Shown here: piece by piece, positions 30,001 through 40,023 of the stretch
Position numbering within the stretch: position 1 is the stretch's first letter
Layout: the number at the start of each line of letters is the position of its first letter
Source of the DNA: Cyanobacteria bacterium P01_A01_bin.123
GTDB lineage: Bacteria > Cyanobacteriota > Cyanobacteriia > Phormidesmidales > Phormidesmidaceae
Direction: 5' to 3'
Assembly: GCA_039815185.1 (NCBI GenBank)
Contig: JBCBZT010000027.1
Location: forward strand, 1 to 64,000
Length of the DNA: 64,000 bases
Made by a program: the position numbers and the translations under genes
Notes under the pieces: model-generated
Told to the model about the DNA's origin: nothing
Database searches by the model: none
What the model saw: the letters and a program-made list of their open reading frames with translations, nothing else

Positions 30001-31416
30001 ATGACCAGTACCTCACGTATTAAGCGGCTGGCTCCGCACCAGCAGTTGCAACGCCAACTTAAGTCTTTTTTTCGGACAGACCTCCCTCAACTACCCGCTG
30101 CGGTAAAGTCCAACATTATTCGCATTCAGGTTGCCATAGACAGCCACGATCCTCTGACTTGGCTCTCGCAACAAACTGCCGATCTCAAAACCTACTGGTC
30201 CGATCGAGAAGGTCAGTTTGCCATGGCAGGAGTAGGAGCCGCAGATATTGTCCATAGCCAATCTGCCCCCGACTTTGCGGCAGTCTTTGCTCGCCTGCAA
30301 CAGCGATTGCCTGAGCATTCTGCAGCCCGTTACTATGGCGGCTTTAGCTTTCAGCCAACGCCCCCCTTAACGGAGGGATGGCAACAGTTTGGCACCTATC
30401 GTTTTGTGGTGCCCCAGTTTGAAGTCTATGTTGAAGCGGGGCAAACTTACCTGGCCTGCAACATGCTGCTCTCTACAACGACGCCCTATCCGCAACAATT
30501 AGCCCTTCTCTTAAAAGGCTTGGAGCAACTATCGTTTAAGCGAGTTCGTCGCCCCCAGTCTCTACCCACCGTGGTTAACCGCCAAGATTTTCCGAGTCAA
30601 CCGGGCTGGCATCAGATGCTACACACGGCATTGCAAACCCTATCCACGGGCGAACTGGCCAAAATTGTCCTAGCTCGTCAGTCTGACTTTACGCTGTCCC
30701 AAACCGTAGATCCGCTGTCGGTACTGTTGGCCATGCGATGCGGGAAAGCCCGTCTATTTCGATTTTGCTTTCAACTCACTGCCGGACAAGCATTTATTGG
30801 GGCTTCGCCAGAACGTCTTTATCTACGGCGCGATCGCACATTGCATACTGAAGCCGTTGCCGGAACCCGCCCCAGGGGGGCTTCTAGGGCTGACGATCAA
30901 GCCCTGGGACAAACGCTGCTCAACTCTGAAAAAGATAACCGAGAACACCAGTTTGTGGTGCAGAGTCTCCGTACCGCCCTGGCCCAACTGTGCAAATTAG
31001 TCGGACTGGATCAAGAGCCCGTGTTGCTGAAATTAAACCAAGTGCAACATCTCCATACGGCTTGCCATGGCATTCTGACCGATGGGGTCACGGATGGAGA
31101 GATTTTACCCCGGTTGCATCCCACACCTGCGGTGGGTGGCTTTCCTAAGCGGCCTGCACGAGAGGCGATCGATCAGCTCGAACCCTTTGAACGGGGTTGG
31201 TACGCTGCGCCTGTGGGTTGGGTTAGCCGCAGCGCCGCTGAATTTGCTGTGGCCATCCGTTCAGGACTCGTGGTCAACCATCAACTCACCCTCTTCTCAG
31301 GCGCTGGGATTGTGCCCGGCTCGAACCCCAGCGATGAATGGCAAGAGATTGAAAATAAGCTGCGTGCCTTTACGACCGTGTTGAACGAGGTTGAGGATGA
31401 GCGTGCGCTGGCCTGA
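30001..31416 (+). CDS. menF: Isochorismate synthase
   Basis: KIVLAR, GASPERL, EAVAGT, LHPTPAVGG, FAVAIRS, GAGIV. Confidence 0.9.
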   Translation: MTSTSRIKRLAPHQQLQRQLKSFFRTDLPQLPAAVKSNIIRIQVAIDSHDPLTWLSQQTADLKTYWSDREGQFAMAGVGAADIVHSQSAPDFAAVFARLQQRLPEHSAARYYGGFSFQPTPPLTEGWQQFGTYRFVVPQFEVYVEAGQTYLACNMLLSTTTPYPQQLALLLKGLEQLSFKRVRRPQSLPTVVNRQDFPSQPGWHQMLHTALQTLSTGELAKIVLARQSDFTLSQTVDPLSVLLAMRCGKARLFRFCFQLTAGQAFIGASPERLYLRRDRTLHTEAVAGTRPRGASRADDQALGQTLLNSEKDNREHQFVVQSLRTALAQLCKLVGLDQEPVLLKLNQVQHLHTACHGILTDGVTDGEILPRLHPTPAVGGFPKRPAREAIDQLEPFERGWYAAPVGWVSRSAAEFAVAIRSGLVVNHQLTLFSGAGIVPGSNPSDEWQEIENKLRAFTTVLNEVEDERALA

Positions 31417-31484
31417 CCGGAGTAATGTCACCTGTCAATTAGTCTTCGTTGACCTTTGATCGAATCGCCAAACACCCAAATATC

Positions 31485-33251
31485 ATGACCATTAATACTG
31501 TTAACATCAATAGTCTTTGGGGCGCTTTACTGGTTGAAGAACTCGTCAGAAACGGGGTGGATTATTTTGTTGTCTCGCCGGGGTCGCGTTCAACACCACT
31601 GACGGTTGCGATCGCCCGCCATCCCCAAGCCCAGAGTATTGTTTGCTTTGATGAACGGGCCGCTGCCTTCCATGCCCTGGGCTATACCCGCGCTACGGGT
31701 CAGCCCGCGGTGCTGGTTTGTACGTCAGGAACGGCTGCCGCCAACTATTATCCAGCGGTCATCGAAGCCGCCGTCGATAAGCTGCCTTTGATTATCATGT
31801 CTGCTGACCGTCCCCCAGAGCTGCGCCACACCGGGGCGAATCAAACCATTCAACAAACTCAGTTGTATGGGCGCTATGCCCAATGGGAGTTTGAGCTGCC
31901 TTGCCCAGATCTCCAAATCTCTCCCCAAATGGTGTTAACCACCGTTGACCAGGCGGTCTATCGTGCCCACAGCTTCCCTGGTGGGCCAGTCCATCTCAAC
32001 TGCCTATTTCGAGAGCCCCTGGCACCCATTGCCCAAGCCTTTGAACTCGATTATCTCGCCCCTTTGCAGGACTGGCGAACCCGATTTACGCCCTATACCT
32101 ACTATGGTAAATCAGCTGCGATACCCAGTGGATCAGAGATTGCAGCTCTCGCAGACATCCTCAACCAAAGTCAGCGAGGGCTACTAGTGGTGGGGCAATT
32201 GGCAAATGAGGTGGAACAGCAGGCCATGCTAACCCTGGCGCGTCACCTGAACTGGCCTGTTTTTGCCGATGTACAGTCCGGTCTGCGGCTGAATGCCTCT
32301 CTACCGACGATCATTCCTTATTTTGATCAGCTTTGGCCGCTAGAAGGCAATCCCCATTGGACGGTCGAAACTGTGGTGCAAATTGGCGTGCGGCTCGTAT
32401 CTAAGCGATTCCTTCAGTGGCTAGAGGCTGATCCCCCGCGTCATCACATTGTGGTTGCGGATGATCCTTGTCGTCATGATCCAGTTCATACCGTTTCTCT
32501 GCGACTGGAAGCTCGTTTGAGTGATCTGGTGTCTCCCCTGCTTCCCCAGCTTCAACCTCGTACCATTGGCCCCTGGGTGGCAGAACTAATTGACGCATCT
32601 CAAAAAATTGATCAGGTGGTGGATACGGTACTCTGCCAACCCACCCTCAATGAACCCGGGATTGTGCGATCAGTGTCTCGCCAATTGCCCCCCGACCACG
32701 GCCTGTATATCTCCAACAGTATGCCGATCCGCGATCTGGACATGTATGGTGCGCCGGAGGGCGGAGTGACTGCGATTGGTTGCGATCGTGGTACCAGTGG
32801 CATTGAAGGCACGATTGCAGCAGCAGCCGGATTCGCCGTGGGGCGGCGATCGCCCGTGACGCTACTCGTGGGGGATTTGTCTCTGCTCCACGACTTGAAT
32901 TCCCTGGCGATGCTCAAAGATCTGGCCCAGCCTGTGATTGTCGTGGTGATTAACAACAGTGGCGGTGGCATTTTCTCCTTCTTGCCCGTCGCCCAGTTTG
33001 AGGATGTCTTTGAACCCTATTTTGGCATTGCCCATGGTTTTGCCTTTAAGGCTGCGAGCCAGATGTTTGGCCTCGATTACTACCACCCCAATACACCAAC
33101 AGAATTCACTCAGGTTTACCAAACAGCTCTAAGCCATCAACAATCTGCCGTGATCGAAGTGGTCACCGATCGTAATCAGAACTTGGCTCTACACCAAGTC
33201 CTGCAAGAGCAGATCGTGAAAACCCTGCAACCGACTGCGGTTTTAGTTTGA
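31485..33251 (+). CDS. menD: SEPHCHC synthase
   Basis: SPGSRSTPL, DERAAAFHALG, CTSGTA, ADRPPEL, SNSMPIRD, GDLSLLHDLNSL, NNSGGGIF. Confidence 0.95.
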   Translation: MTINTVNINSLWGALLVEELVRNGVDYFVVSPGSRSTPLTVAIARHPQAQSIVCFDERAAAFHALGYTRATGQPAVLVCTSGTAAANYYPAVIEAAVDKLPLIIMSADRPPELRHTGANQTIQQTQLYGRYAQWEFELPCPDLQISPQMVLTTVDQAVYRAHSFPGGPVHLNCLFREPLAPIAQAFELDYLAPLQDWRTRFTPYTYYGKSAAIPSGSEIAALADILNQSQRGLLVVGQLANEVEQQAMLTLARHLNWPVFADVQSGLRLNASLPTIIPYFDQLWPLEGNPHWTVETVVQIGVRLVSKRFLQWLEADPPRHHIVVADDPCRHDPVHTVSLRLEARLSDLVSPLLPQLQPRTIGPWVAELIDASQKIDQVVDTVLCQPTLNEPGIVRSVSRQLPPDHGLYISNSMPIRDLDMYGAPEGGVTAIGCDRGTSGIEGTIAAAAGFAVGRRSPVTLLVGDLSLLHDLNSLAMLKDLAQPVIVVVINNSGGGIFSFLPVAQFEDVFEPYFGIAHGFAFKAASQMFGLDYYHPNTPTEFTQVYQTALSHQQSAVIEVVTDRNQNLALHQVLQEQIVKTLQPTAVLV

Positions 33252-33278
33252 GTTTGATCCATCTTCAATAGGAAACCG

Positions 33279-34157
33279 ATGATGATTACATCCCCACCTG
33301 CCGCTACAACACCCCCCGCCTTTGCCTCCAGGCCATGGCAATCCGTCAAAACGTACGAAGATATCCTTTATCACAAAGCCGAAGGCATCGCCAAAATTAC
33401 GATCAACCGCCCCCACAAACGTAATGCGTTTCGGCCCCAAACCGTGTTTGAACTGTACGATGCTTTCCTCGATGCCCGCGAAGATAACCATATTGGCGTC
33501 GTGTTGTTGACCGGGGCAGGCCCTCACAGCGATGGGAAGTATGCCTTTTGTGCCGGGGGCGATGTCAGTGTCCGGGGGCATGGAGGTTATGTCGGTGCCG
33601 ATGGCGTGCCTCGATTGAATGTGTTGGATCTGCAACGGCTGATCCGCTCAATGCCTAAAGTCGTGATTGCCCTGGTGGCGGGTTATGCCATTGGTGGGGG
33701 GCATGTGCTGCATGTCGTTTGCGATCTCACCATCGCTGCCGATAATGCCATATTTGGTCAGACTGGCCCCAAGGTTGGTAGCTTTGATGGCGGCTTTGGC
33801 GCTAGCTATTTGGCGCGCATTGTGGGGCAAAAGAAAGCCCGAGAGATTTGGTACCTCTGCCGCCAATACAACAGCACCGAAGCTTTGGAAATGGGCCTAG
33901 TGAACCATGTTGTCCCCGTGGCGCAACTGGAAGCCGAAGGCATTCAATGGGCTCAGGAGATTTTGGCCAAAAGTCCCCTGGCGATTCGCTGCCTTAAAGC
34001 GGCCTTCAATGCAGACTGCGATGGTCAAGCTGGTATTCAAGAACTGGCAGGCAATGCAACCCTGTTGTACTACATGACCGAGGAAGGCAAAGAGGGAAAA
34101 GACGCCTTCTTAGAAAAACGACCCCCTGATTTTGGCCCCTATCCTTGGCTGCCCTAA
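33279..34157 (+). CDS. menB: 1,4-dihydroxy-2-naphthoyl-CoA synthase
   Basis: [43 protein letters not shown]. Confidence 0.97.
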   Translation: MMITSPPAATTPPAFASRPWQSVKTYEDILYHKAEGIAKITINRPHKRNAFRPQTVFELYDAFLDAREDNHIGVVLLTGAGPHSDGKYAFCAGGDVSVRGHGGYVGADGVPRLNVLDLQRLIRSMPKVVIALVAGYAIGGGHVLHVVCDLTIAADNAIFGQTGPKVGSFDGGFGASYLARIVGQKKAREIWYLCRQYNSTEALEMGLVNHVVPVAQLEAEGIQWAQEILAKSPLAIRCLKAAFNADCDGQAGIQELAGNATLLYYMTEEGKEGKDAFLEKRPPDFGPYPWLP

Positions 34158-34264
34158 GCCAATCCATGTTGGATTTTAGCTTTGGGATGGCGAAACCCTG
34201 CCTATCCAGCAAGTTTGAACTGGCGATGGGTAACCAGACTGACCCCAAACCGTAACCTCAATCG

Positions 34265-35722
34265 ATGAATACGCTGCAATTGCTCAAACAACGAACCCAG
34301 GACAACTGGCTCATTGGTCAAGACAGTCAGGCTTTCTTGGCGTTGACAGAGGCCCTGACCCAAGAATTTGCCGCTGCCAATGCGGCAATGCGGGGGCAAT
34401 CTATTCTGATTGCAGAATCTGACCCGATCCGGTTTCTGGCTGGATTTCTAGCAGCTCAGGTCACCACTCAGCGCGTTTTTCTGGGAAATCCCCACTGGGG
34501 AGCAACGGAGTGGCAGCAGGCCATGGCGATCGCCCAGCCCGATCGAGTCTGGGGCAATGGGGCTGACCTCAAGCAGTGTGATTGCCCCCCCAATTGCCAC
34601 AATCACGACGTAGACTCGGTCTCCCATGACCTGCTTATGCCTTCCACTCAGCCACTGATCCTGATTCCGACGGGTGGCTCCTCCGGCACAATCCAATTTG
34701 CCATGCATAGTTGGGAAACCCTTGCAGCCGCAGTGACTGGCTTTCAAGCTTACTTTCAATTAGCCGCGATCAATTCCATCTGTACGTTGCCGCTACATCA
34801 CGTCAGTGGCCTCATGCAGTTCATCCGGTCTTTCCTCTCGGGGGGAAGATTCTGGTTAGTGCCCTTTAAAGCCCTCAAAACAGGACAGGCTCCTACCATT
34901 GCTCCCTTGGATGACCCCTCGGATTGGTTCATCTCGCTGGTGCCGACCCAACTACAAGTACTGCTAGAACAACCCGCTGTGGCTCAATGGTTGGCTCGGT
35001 GCAAGACGGTTTTTATCGGCGGCGCACCCAGTTGGCCAGAACTGCTCAGTCGAGCGCGTGCTCAGCGCATTCCCCTGGCTCCCTGCTATGGCATGACAGA
35101 AACCGCTGCTCAGATTGCCACGCTGAATCCAGCAGATTTTTTAAGCGGAAATCAGAGTGTCGGACAGATTCTGCCCCATGCCCAGGTCACCATTGTGAAT
35201 GATCAAGGGCAATCAGTCGCCTCTGGCACCCTGGGTCAGGTTCAGATTGCGGCGGAGTCCTTAGCATTGGGCTACTACCCCACGGAGTCGTTTGATGCAA
35301 AGACTGGTGAAAGTTCCCAACCACCAACAATCTTCCCAACCGATGATGTGGGTTATCTGGATAACCAGGGCTATCTGACGCTAGTGGGTCGCCTCAGCAG
35401 CAAAATTATTACTGGTGGTGAAAATGTTTTTCCAAGTGAGGTGGAAGCTGCCATTTGGGCGACCGATCTGGTAGCCGATGTGGCGGTATTGGGCATGCCC
35501 GATGCCTATTGGGGCCAATGTGTGACGGCGGTTTATGTGCCCCGTGACTCAGCCCCACTATCCCCAGCTCTGGTCACCACGCTACAGGACAACATTGCTC
35601 GTTTTAAGTGCCCCAAGCTCTGGGTGCCCGTTGACTCGTTGCCTCGAAATGCCCAAGGCAAGCTCAACCGACAAACTCTAGAAGCGATCGCCAGCCAGTG
35701 GAGACAAGACCATGGTGTATAA
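34265..35722 (+). CDS. menE: o-succinylbenzoate-CoA ligase, cyanobacterial type
   Basis: IPTGGSSG, LPLHHVSGLMQ, SLVPTQL, YGMTETA, IITGGENV. Confidence 0.88.
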   Translation: MNTLQLLKQRTQDNWLIGQDSQAFLALTEALTQEFAAANAAMRGQSILIAESDPIRFLAGFLAAQVTTQRVFLGNPHWGATEWQQAMAIAQPDRVWGNGADLKQCDCPPNCHNHDVDSVSHDLLMPSTQPLILIPTGGSSGTIQFAMHSWETLAAAVTGFQAYFQLAAINSICTLPLHHVSGLMQFIRSFLSGGRFWLVPFKALKTGQAPTIAPLDDPSDWFISLVPTQLQVLLEQPAVAQWLARCKTVFIGGAPSWPELLSRARAQRIPLAPCYGMTETAAQIATLNPADFLSGNQSVGQILPHAQVTIVNDQGQSVASGTLGQVQIAAESLALGYYPTESFDAKTGESSQPPTIFPTDDVGYLDNQGYLTLVGRLSSKIITGGENVFPSEVEAAIWATDLVADVAVLGMPDAYWGQCVTAVYVPRDSAPLSPALVTTLQDNIARFKCPKLWVPVDSLPRNAQGKLNRQTLEAIASQWRQDHGV

Positions 35723-36326
35723 GCTCTATGGCTATCCTGAATCCGGGAATTGCTACAAGGTTCAACTGTTATTGCAACAGTTAGCGATTACGGTTGAGTG
35801 GGTCACTATTGATCTGCTCAAGCAAGAAAATCGTAGCCCAAATTATCTCTCCAAAAATCCCAGTGGCAAGGTGCCGCTGTTGGAAATTCAACCCGGTATT
35901 TTTCTAGCTGAATCCAATGCCATTTTGCAGTACCTCAGTCGAGGTACCCCGTTGTGGCCGTCAGACCCCCTGGCGCAGGCGCAAACATTGCAATGGCTCT
36001 TTTTTGAGCAATACAGCCATGCCCCCAATATTGCGATCGCGCGTTACATGGTGCGATTTCTAGACATTCCTGCAAACGATCAATCCAGTCTGGCAATCAA
36101 ACATGCATCAGGCTATGCCGCCCTTAATCTTATGGAACAGCATTTGACGACAAGTGCTTTTTTGGTGGGCGATCGCTACACGATTGCAGATATCAGCCTT
36201 TATGCCTATACCCATGTCGCGCATGAAGGGGCATTCGACTTAAGCCCTTATCCCGCCATTAATACGTGGTTGAGTCGAGTCAAAGCTCAACCGAACTATA
36301 TGCCGATGGGTGGCTGTTTTTCGTAA
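35712..36326 (+). CDS. Glutathione S-transferase family protein
   Basis: SGNCYKV, NPSGKVP, ESNAIL, WLFFEQYSH, TIADISLYAYTH. Confidence 0.92.
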   Translation: MVYKLYGYPESGNCYKVQLLLQQLAITVEWVTIDLLKQENRSPNYLSKNPSGKVPLLEIQPGIFLAESNAILQYLSRGTPLWPSDPLAQAQTLQWLFFEQYSHAPNIAIARYMVRFLDIPANDQSSLAIKHASGYAALNLMEQHLTTSAFLVGDRYTIADISLYAYTHVAHEGAFDLSPYPAINTWLSRVKAQPNYMPMGGCFS

Positions 36327-36395
36327 ATTTCAGCTGAAATTTTCAGCTTCCGTTATCACACTATCCCCACGCTTGTCATTCAGGAGCCAACCCCC

Positions 36396-37343
36396 ATGCA
36401 GATCTCAAACTCACCTTCAGAAATTATTCAGGAGCAAGGAATCATCCAGGATGTTTCCACCGCTCAACTCTGGCGACAGGCGATCAAACTGCCGCTATAC
36501 AGTGTGGTGCTCATTCCCGTTGGGGTTGCCACTGCAACCGTCTATGCCGATACGGGTACTGTGAATTGGGTTAACTTTTTCCTGTTCTTCTTATCTATTT
36601 TGTTGATTCAGATTTGGATCAACCTCAGCAACGATGTCTTCGATGCCGAAACTGGTGTTGATGTGCATAAATTCCACTCTATTGTGAAACTCACCGGCCA
36701 AAAGAACACGATTTTTTGGATTGCCAATGCCTTTTTAGCAAGTGGACTTTTAGCCCTAGCCTATCTTGCCTGGCAGCAACAAGATATCACCCTGCTGGTG
36801 TTGATGAGTTTAGGCTGTCTGCTGGGCTATAGCTACCAAGGCCCACCCTTCCGTTTGAGCTACCAGGGTATCGGCGAGATCATCTGCTTTATTGCCTACG
36901 GCCCCCTGCTAATGGGCACCGCCTATTATGCGCAAACCCAAGACTGGTCTGTGACCTGTCTGGCTGTTTCCACAATCATCGGTCTCGCCACCAGCTTGAT
37001 TCTATTTTGTGCCCACTTTCATCAGGTAGAAGATGACCTAGCGGGGGGTAAACTCTCCCCTGTTGTTCGGCTGGGTACAGCTCGCTCGGCCCAACTGCTG
37101 CCCTGGTGGCAGGCAAGCATCTATGGTCTGGTGTGTCTGTTTGTCGGGCTGGCGGTACTCTCGCCGTTGACACTACTCAGCTTGCTGAGTCTGGGTTATG
37201 CCGTCAAACTGTCTCTCCATGTTCAGCGCTATCACGATCAGCCCGAACGAGTGCGCAACTGTAAATTCATTGCGATCGCCCTGTATTGCTCTTTGGGTTT
37301 ACTACTCACCCTTGGGTTGTTATTACCGCAAGCATTGCTCTGA
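36396..37343 (+). CDS. menA: DHNA prenyl(phytyl)transferase
   Basis: AIKLPLYSV, NLSNDVFD, YQGPPFRL, HFHQVEDD. Confidence 0.92.
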   Translation: MQISNSPSEIIQEQGIIQDVSTAQLWRQAIKLPLYSVVLIPVGVATATVYADTGTVNWVNFFLFFLSILLIQIWINLSNDVFDAETGVDVHKFHSIVKLTGQKNTIFWIANAFLASGLLALAYLAWQQQDITLLVLMSLGCLLGYSYQGPPFRLSYQGIGEIICFIAYGPLLMGTAYYAQTQDWSVTCLAVSTIIGLATSLILFCAHFHQVEDDLAGGKLSPVVRLGTARSAQLLPWWQASIYGLVCLFVGLAVLSPLTLLSLLSLGYAVKLSLHVQRYHDQPERVRNCKFIAIALYCSLGLLLTLGLLLPQALL

Positions 37344-37417
37344 TTGCAGCCTTAGCTTTGCTAACACGCGTTTGATCTGCTCTATTTTGCCTACCCCAAC
37401 CTACCTGTGAATGCACC

Positions 37418-38620
37418 ATGGAGACACAATCTCTGACAGAACAGTTTCGGCATTCAACCTTAGCCCGCCGAAAATATTTTGGTCTGAATAACCCCAGACG
37501 CACCGATTACTATCTCGCCTATTGGCAAAAACATCCTGAAATCACTTGGGCGCTTCTGGCCAATCTTGTGTCTCGCAACACGGGTTGGATGATGTCGGAT
37601 TTGGTCAGAGCCTCAAAATTTACGCCCCATAGCCCTAAAATTCCTGGTTTTCCACCTGCTCACTATCAAGCTTTTTTTGCTTTCTTAGAAACAGGTAACT
37701 TCTTAATCTTTAGAGATGTCTTTCCTCAATTGGAGGCCTATGACTGGGCCAAGCGCCATCCAGGCCAAAGCGATGATTTTTTTAACGCTTTACAGGCCGA
37801 TTCAGAATTTGAAGCAGATCCCTTCATGATTAAACATTGGCAGGTATTTTTCAATCAGGCCAAAAATAATCACTGGTTTCCAGAAAATTGGCAAGAACCG
37901 GCTGTGCAGCGACTCGCCTTTGCTCAAGTGGCTAATGAACAAAATCAAATTCATGATCGACTGGTTCATGATCCACAGCATCGATACTTAGGCTGCTTAT
38001 TCTCCTGGATTACGCAGAAGATTTTCATTGCCACGACCCAACTCGACTTGATGAAAATTTGCTTCCCTGTAGCCAGATCTGAAACAGATCCCACGACCGA
38101 CCATGTCTTGACCTATACGCTCTACGATTTTAATCCCTATGCAAACCGGGTCAACTTTGGGCGTGATCTCTATGTGGAATTATTTGGAGATGCAACCCGA
38201 CGGAAACGAGTGATTGCCTCAGCCCTTGCCCATCCCCGTTTTCGAGGCAGCCGGGCCCAGTATAATCCCCAAAACTATTGCCTCCATCCACGGCAGGCTC
38301 ATGCTGAGATCAAGTACAGTCCCCCTCTGGTTCCCTGGCGAGGGTATGCCCCGGCTTGGCCTTTTAATCCCACCCATGTGCGGCCTTATTCCCATTTGCA
38401 AGATACGCCTGTATCGCTAGCTATGAGTGCTAACCAAAGGGAAGGCATTAACGATCTACTAGCACCTCTAACGTTGGCCAGTCGTCCGCTGAAGCAACAC
38501 GCGCTCTCTGATTTGGCTGAGCTTGTCATTGGCAAATCTTCAGCAATGCAACTTTCCATTCTCCTGCAGAAAATGTTAGGTCAGGGAGATCCAGATCCAG
38601 TATTTTCCTTGAGAAGTTAA
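37418..38620 (+). CDS. DUF2515-like protein of unknown function
   Basis: NNPRRTDYY..HPEITWALLANLVSRNTGWMMSDL, FLETGNFLIFRD, NEQN motifs recalled from DUF2515. Confidence 0.6.
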   Translation: METQSLTEQFRHSTLARRKYFGLNNPRRTDYYLAYWQKHPEITWALLANLVSRNTGWMMSDLVRASKFTPHSPKIPGFPPAHYQAFFAFLETGNFLIFRDVFPQLEAYDWAKRHPGQSDDFFNALQADSEFEADPFMIKHWQVFFNQAKNNHWFPENWQEPAVQRLAFAQVANEQNQIHDRLVHDPQHRYLGCLFSWITQKIFIATTQLDLMKICFPVARSETDPTTDHVLTYTLYDFNPYANRVNFGRDLYVELFGDATRRKRVIASALAHPRFRGSRAQYNPQNYCLHPRQAHAEIKYSPPLVPWRGYAPAWPFNPTHVRPYSHLQDTPVSLAMSANQREGINDLLAPLTLASRPLKQHALSDLAELVIGKSSAMQLSILLQKMLGQGDPDPVFSLRS

Positions 38621-38650
38621 GTTTCAAACCTGAGTCATATCCAGATGCAT

Positions 38651-38926
38651 TTATTCGAGTGAACGGGGCGTGGTGCTATCTCTAGCGGGACTCTGACAAT
38701 TTAGTTGAAGTTTTTCAAGCTGAGAAGTCTTTACGGTGTTGACTACTGTTTCATTGTGGTTAGTACCACACATCCAAGAAGGACAACCGCCATCATAATT
38801 AACACCGCCCGCGATTCTCTGTAGGAGAGGCTCCGCCAGCGGCTTCAAATCTTTCTCACTCAGTTCAATAATCTGAACAGGCTTGGAAGCTGTCGGTTTT
38901 GGATTCCGTTTAGAATTTTTCTGCAT
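38651..38926 (-). CDS. Truncated/chimeric single-cassette NHNET precursor
   Basis: ATG 38926 with AGGAG RBS; core VNYDGGCPSWMCGT-NHNET; breaks off at start of a second leader. Confidence 0.75.
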   Translation of the reverse strand: MQKNSKRNPKPTASKPVQIIELSEKDLKPLAEPLLQRIAGGVNYDGGCPSWMCGTNHNETVVNTVKTSQLEKLQLNCQSPARDSTTPRSLE

Positions 38927-39159
38927 AGTTTTTCTCCTTAATTGAGACGTTAATTGGGTGTTGCTGAATCGAGAGATGAATTTGCCAAAGTGGTGCACTC
39001 TGCTTTGTCCCTTTTCATATATTCCTGGGGGGCTTTAAGCCCCCTTTCTGGTATGCCCCTTGGGCTATATTCTGGGGGACTTTGAAAGGTTTATTCCCCC
39101 AGAATGGGGGGGCTAGGGGGGTTAAGTCATACCGCTATTCAGCAACGCCAGAAGTTGAA

Positions 39160-39399
39160 TCATCCCTCAAGACATCGTGGGCTACCAGACCAGCCCCCTG
39201 ATATTGCCAAAAGATCTGTTTCGCTTAGCGGCTCTAACTGGTTTTGCAGTAGTTGGTAGAGGCAATCATTAGAGAACTGATAGCCCTTTTCAGCGCCAGC
39301 GCTTTTAATCAGCGCGATCACTTCTAGTAGACTATTCGTTTCCTTGATTTTCTGTCGCAATTGCGCGTCACTGAGCAACGCTTTGATTTGGCTTAGCAT
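39160..39399 (-). CDS. Nif11-leader lanthipeptide-type precursor (79 aa), copy 2
   Basis: Same WSGSPRCLEG core as 20543..20782. Confidence 0.85.
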   Translation of the reverse strand: MLSQIKALLSDAQLRQKIKETNSLLEVIALIKSAGAEKGYQFSNDCLYQLLQNQLEPLSETDLLAISGGWSGSPRCLEG

Positions 39400-39519
39400 A
39401 ATGCTTATCTCCTTTTGCAATGAAGGTAAAATTGTACAAATCTTGATTGATTTTGTGAGGCGCGATCGTGTGCTAAAGGCAGCGCGCGATCGCCCGCTCT
39501 GCTCTAGCCAAGACGCGAA

Positions 39520-39762
39520 TTATTCTTCACCAATGGGGTCATCATCCTCTTTGGATTTCCCACCACAGATGAGGGCTAAGTCATCTTCTGAGAGTTCTTG
39601 AATGGACTTGTTGTTGATAGCTTTACTCGCCATCGTTTCATTGTGGTTTGCCAAGTCAACACCTGCACCGACGATCGCTTCTAAATCCTTCTCCATCAAT
39701 TCAACAATTTCAGGGGATTTAGGGGGCGTTTTTTGAGGCTTTTGCTTTGATTTCTTCTTCAT
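39520..39762 (-). CDS. Two-module precursor (NHNET cassette + KSKEDDDPIGEE core)
   Basis: Paralog of 20899..21144. Confidence 0.88.
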   Translation of the reverse strand: MKKKSKQKPQKTPPKSPEIVELMEKDLEAIVGAGVDLANHNETMASKAINNKSIQELSEDDLALICGGKSKEDDDPIGEE

Positions 39763-39826
39763 GATTTTTTCTCCTTAATAGAAGGTTTTTTTCTAAGTCT
39801 AAGAATTGCCTTCTTGACTTGGTTTT

Positions 39827-39858
39827 ACTGTATTAAATAATCGGGAATAAGTAGGGAA
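39827..39858 (-). promoter_or_regulatory. Shared island promoter motif
   Basis: TTCCCTA-CTTA-TTCCCGATT-ATTTAA-TACAGT. Confidence 0.75.
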
Positions 39859-40023
39859 GAAAAATGCTTTTAGAGCAGGTTTTTTGAGCTATTTTTCCAT
39901 ATAAAAAGCGATCGCATTTAGCAAATCAATAATGCGATTGCTTTCGTTATTTATGACAATGATTAATGATGATTGACCTGGCCACCAGCCATTGTCAATC
40001 CGAAATCCTTAACCTTATGCCGC

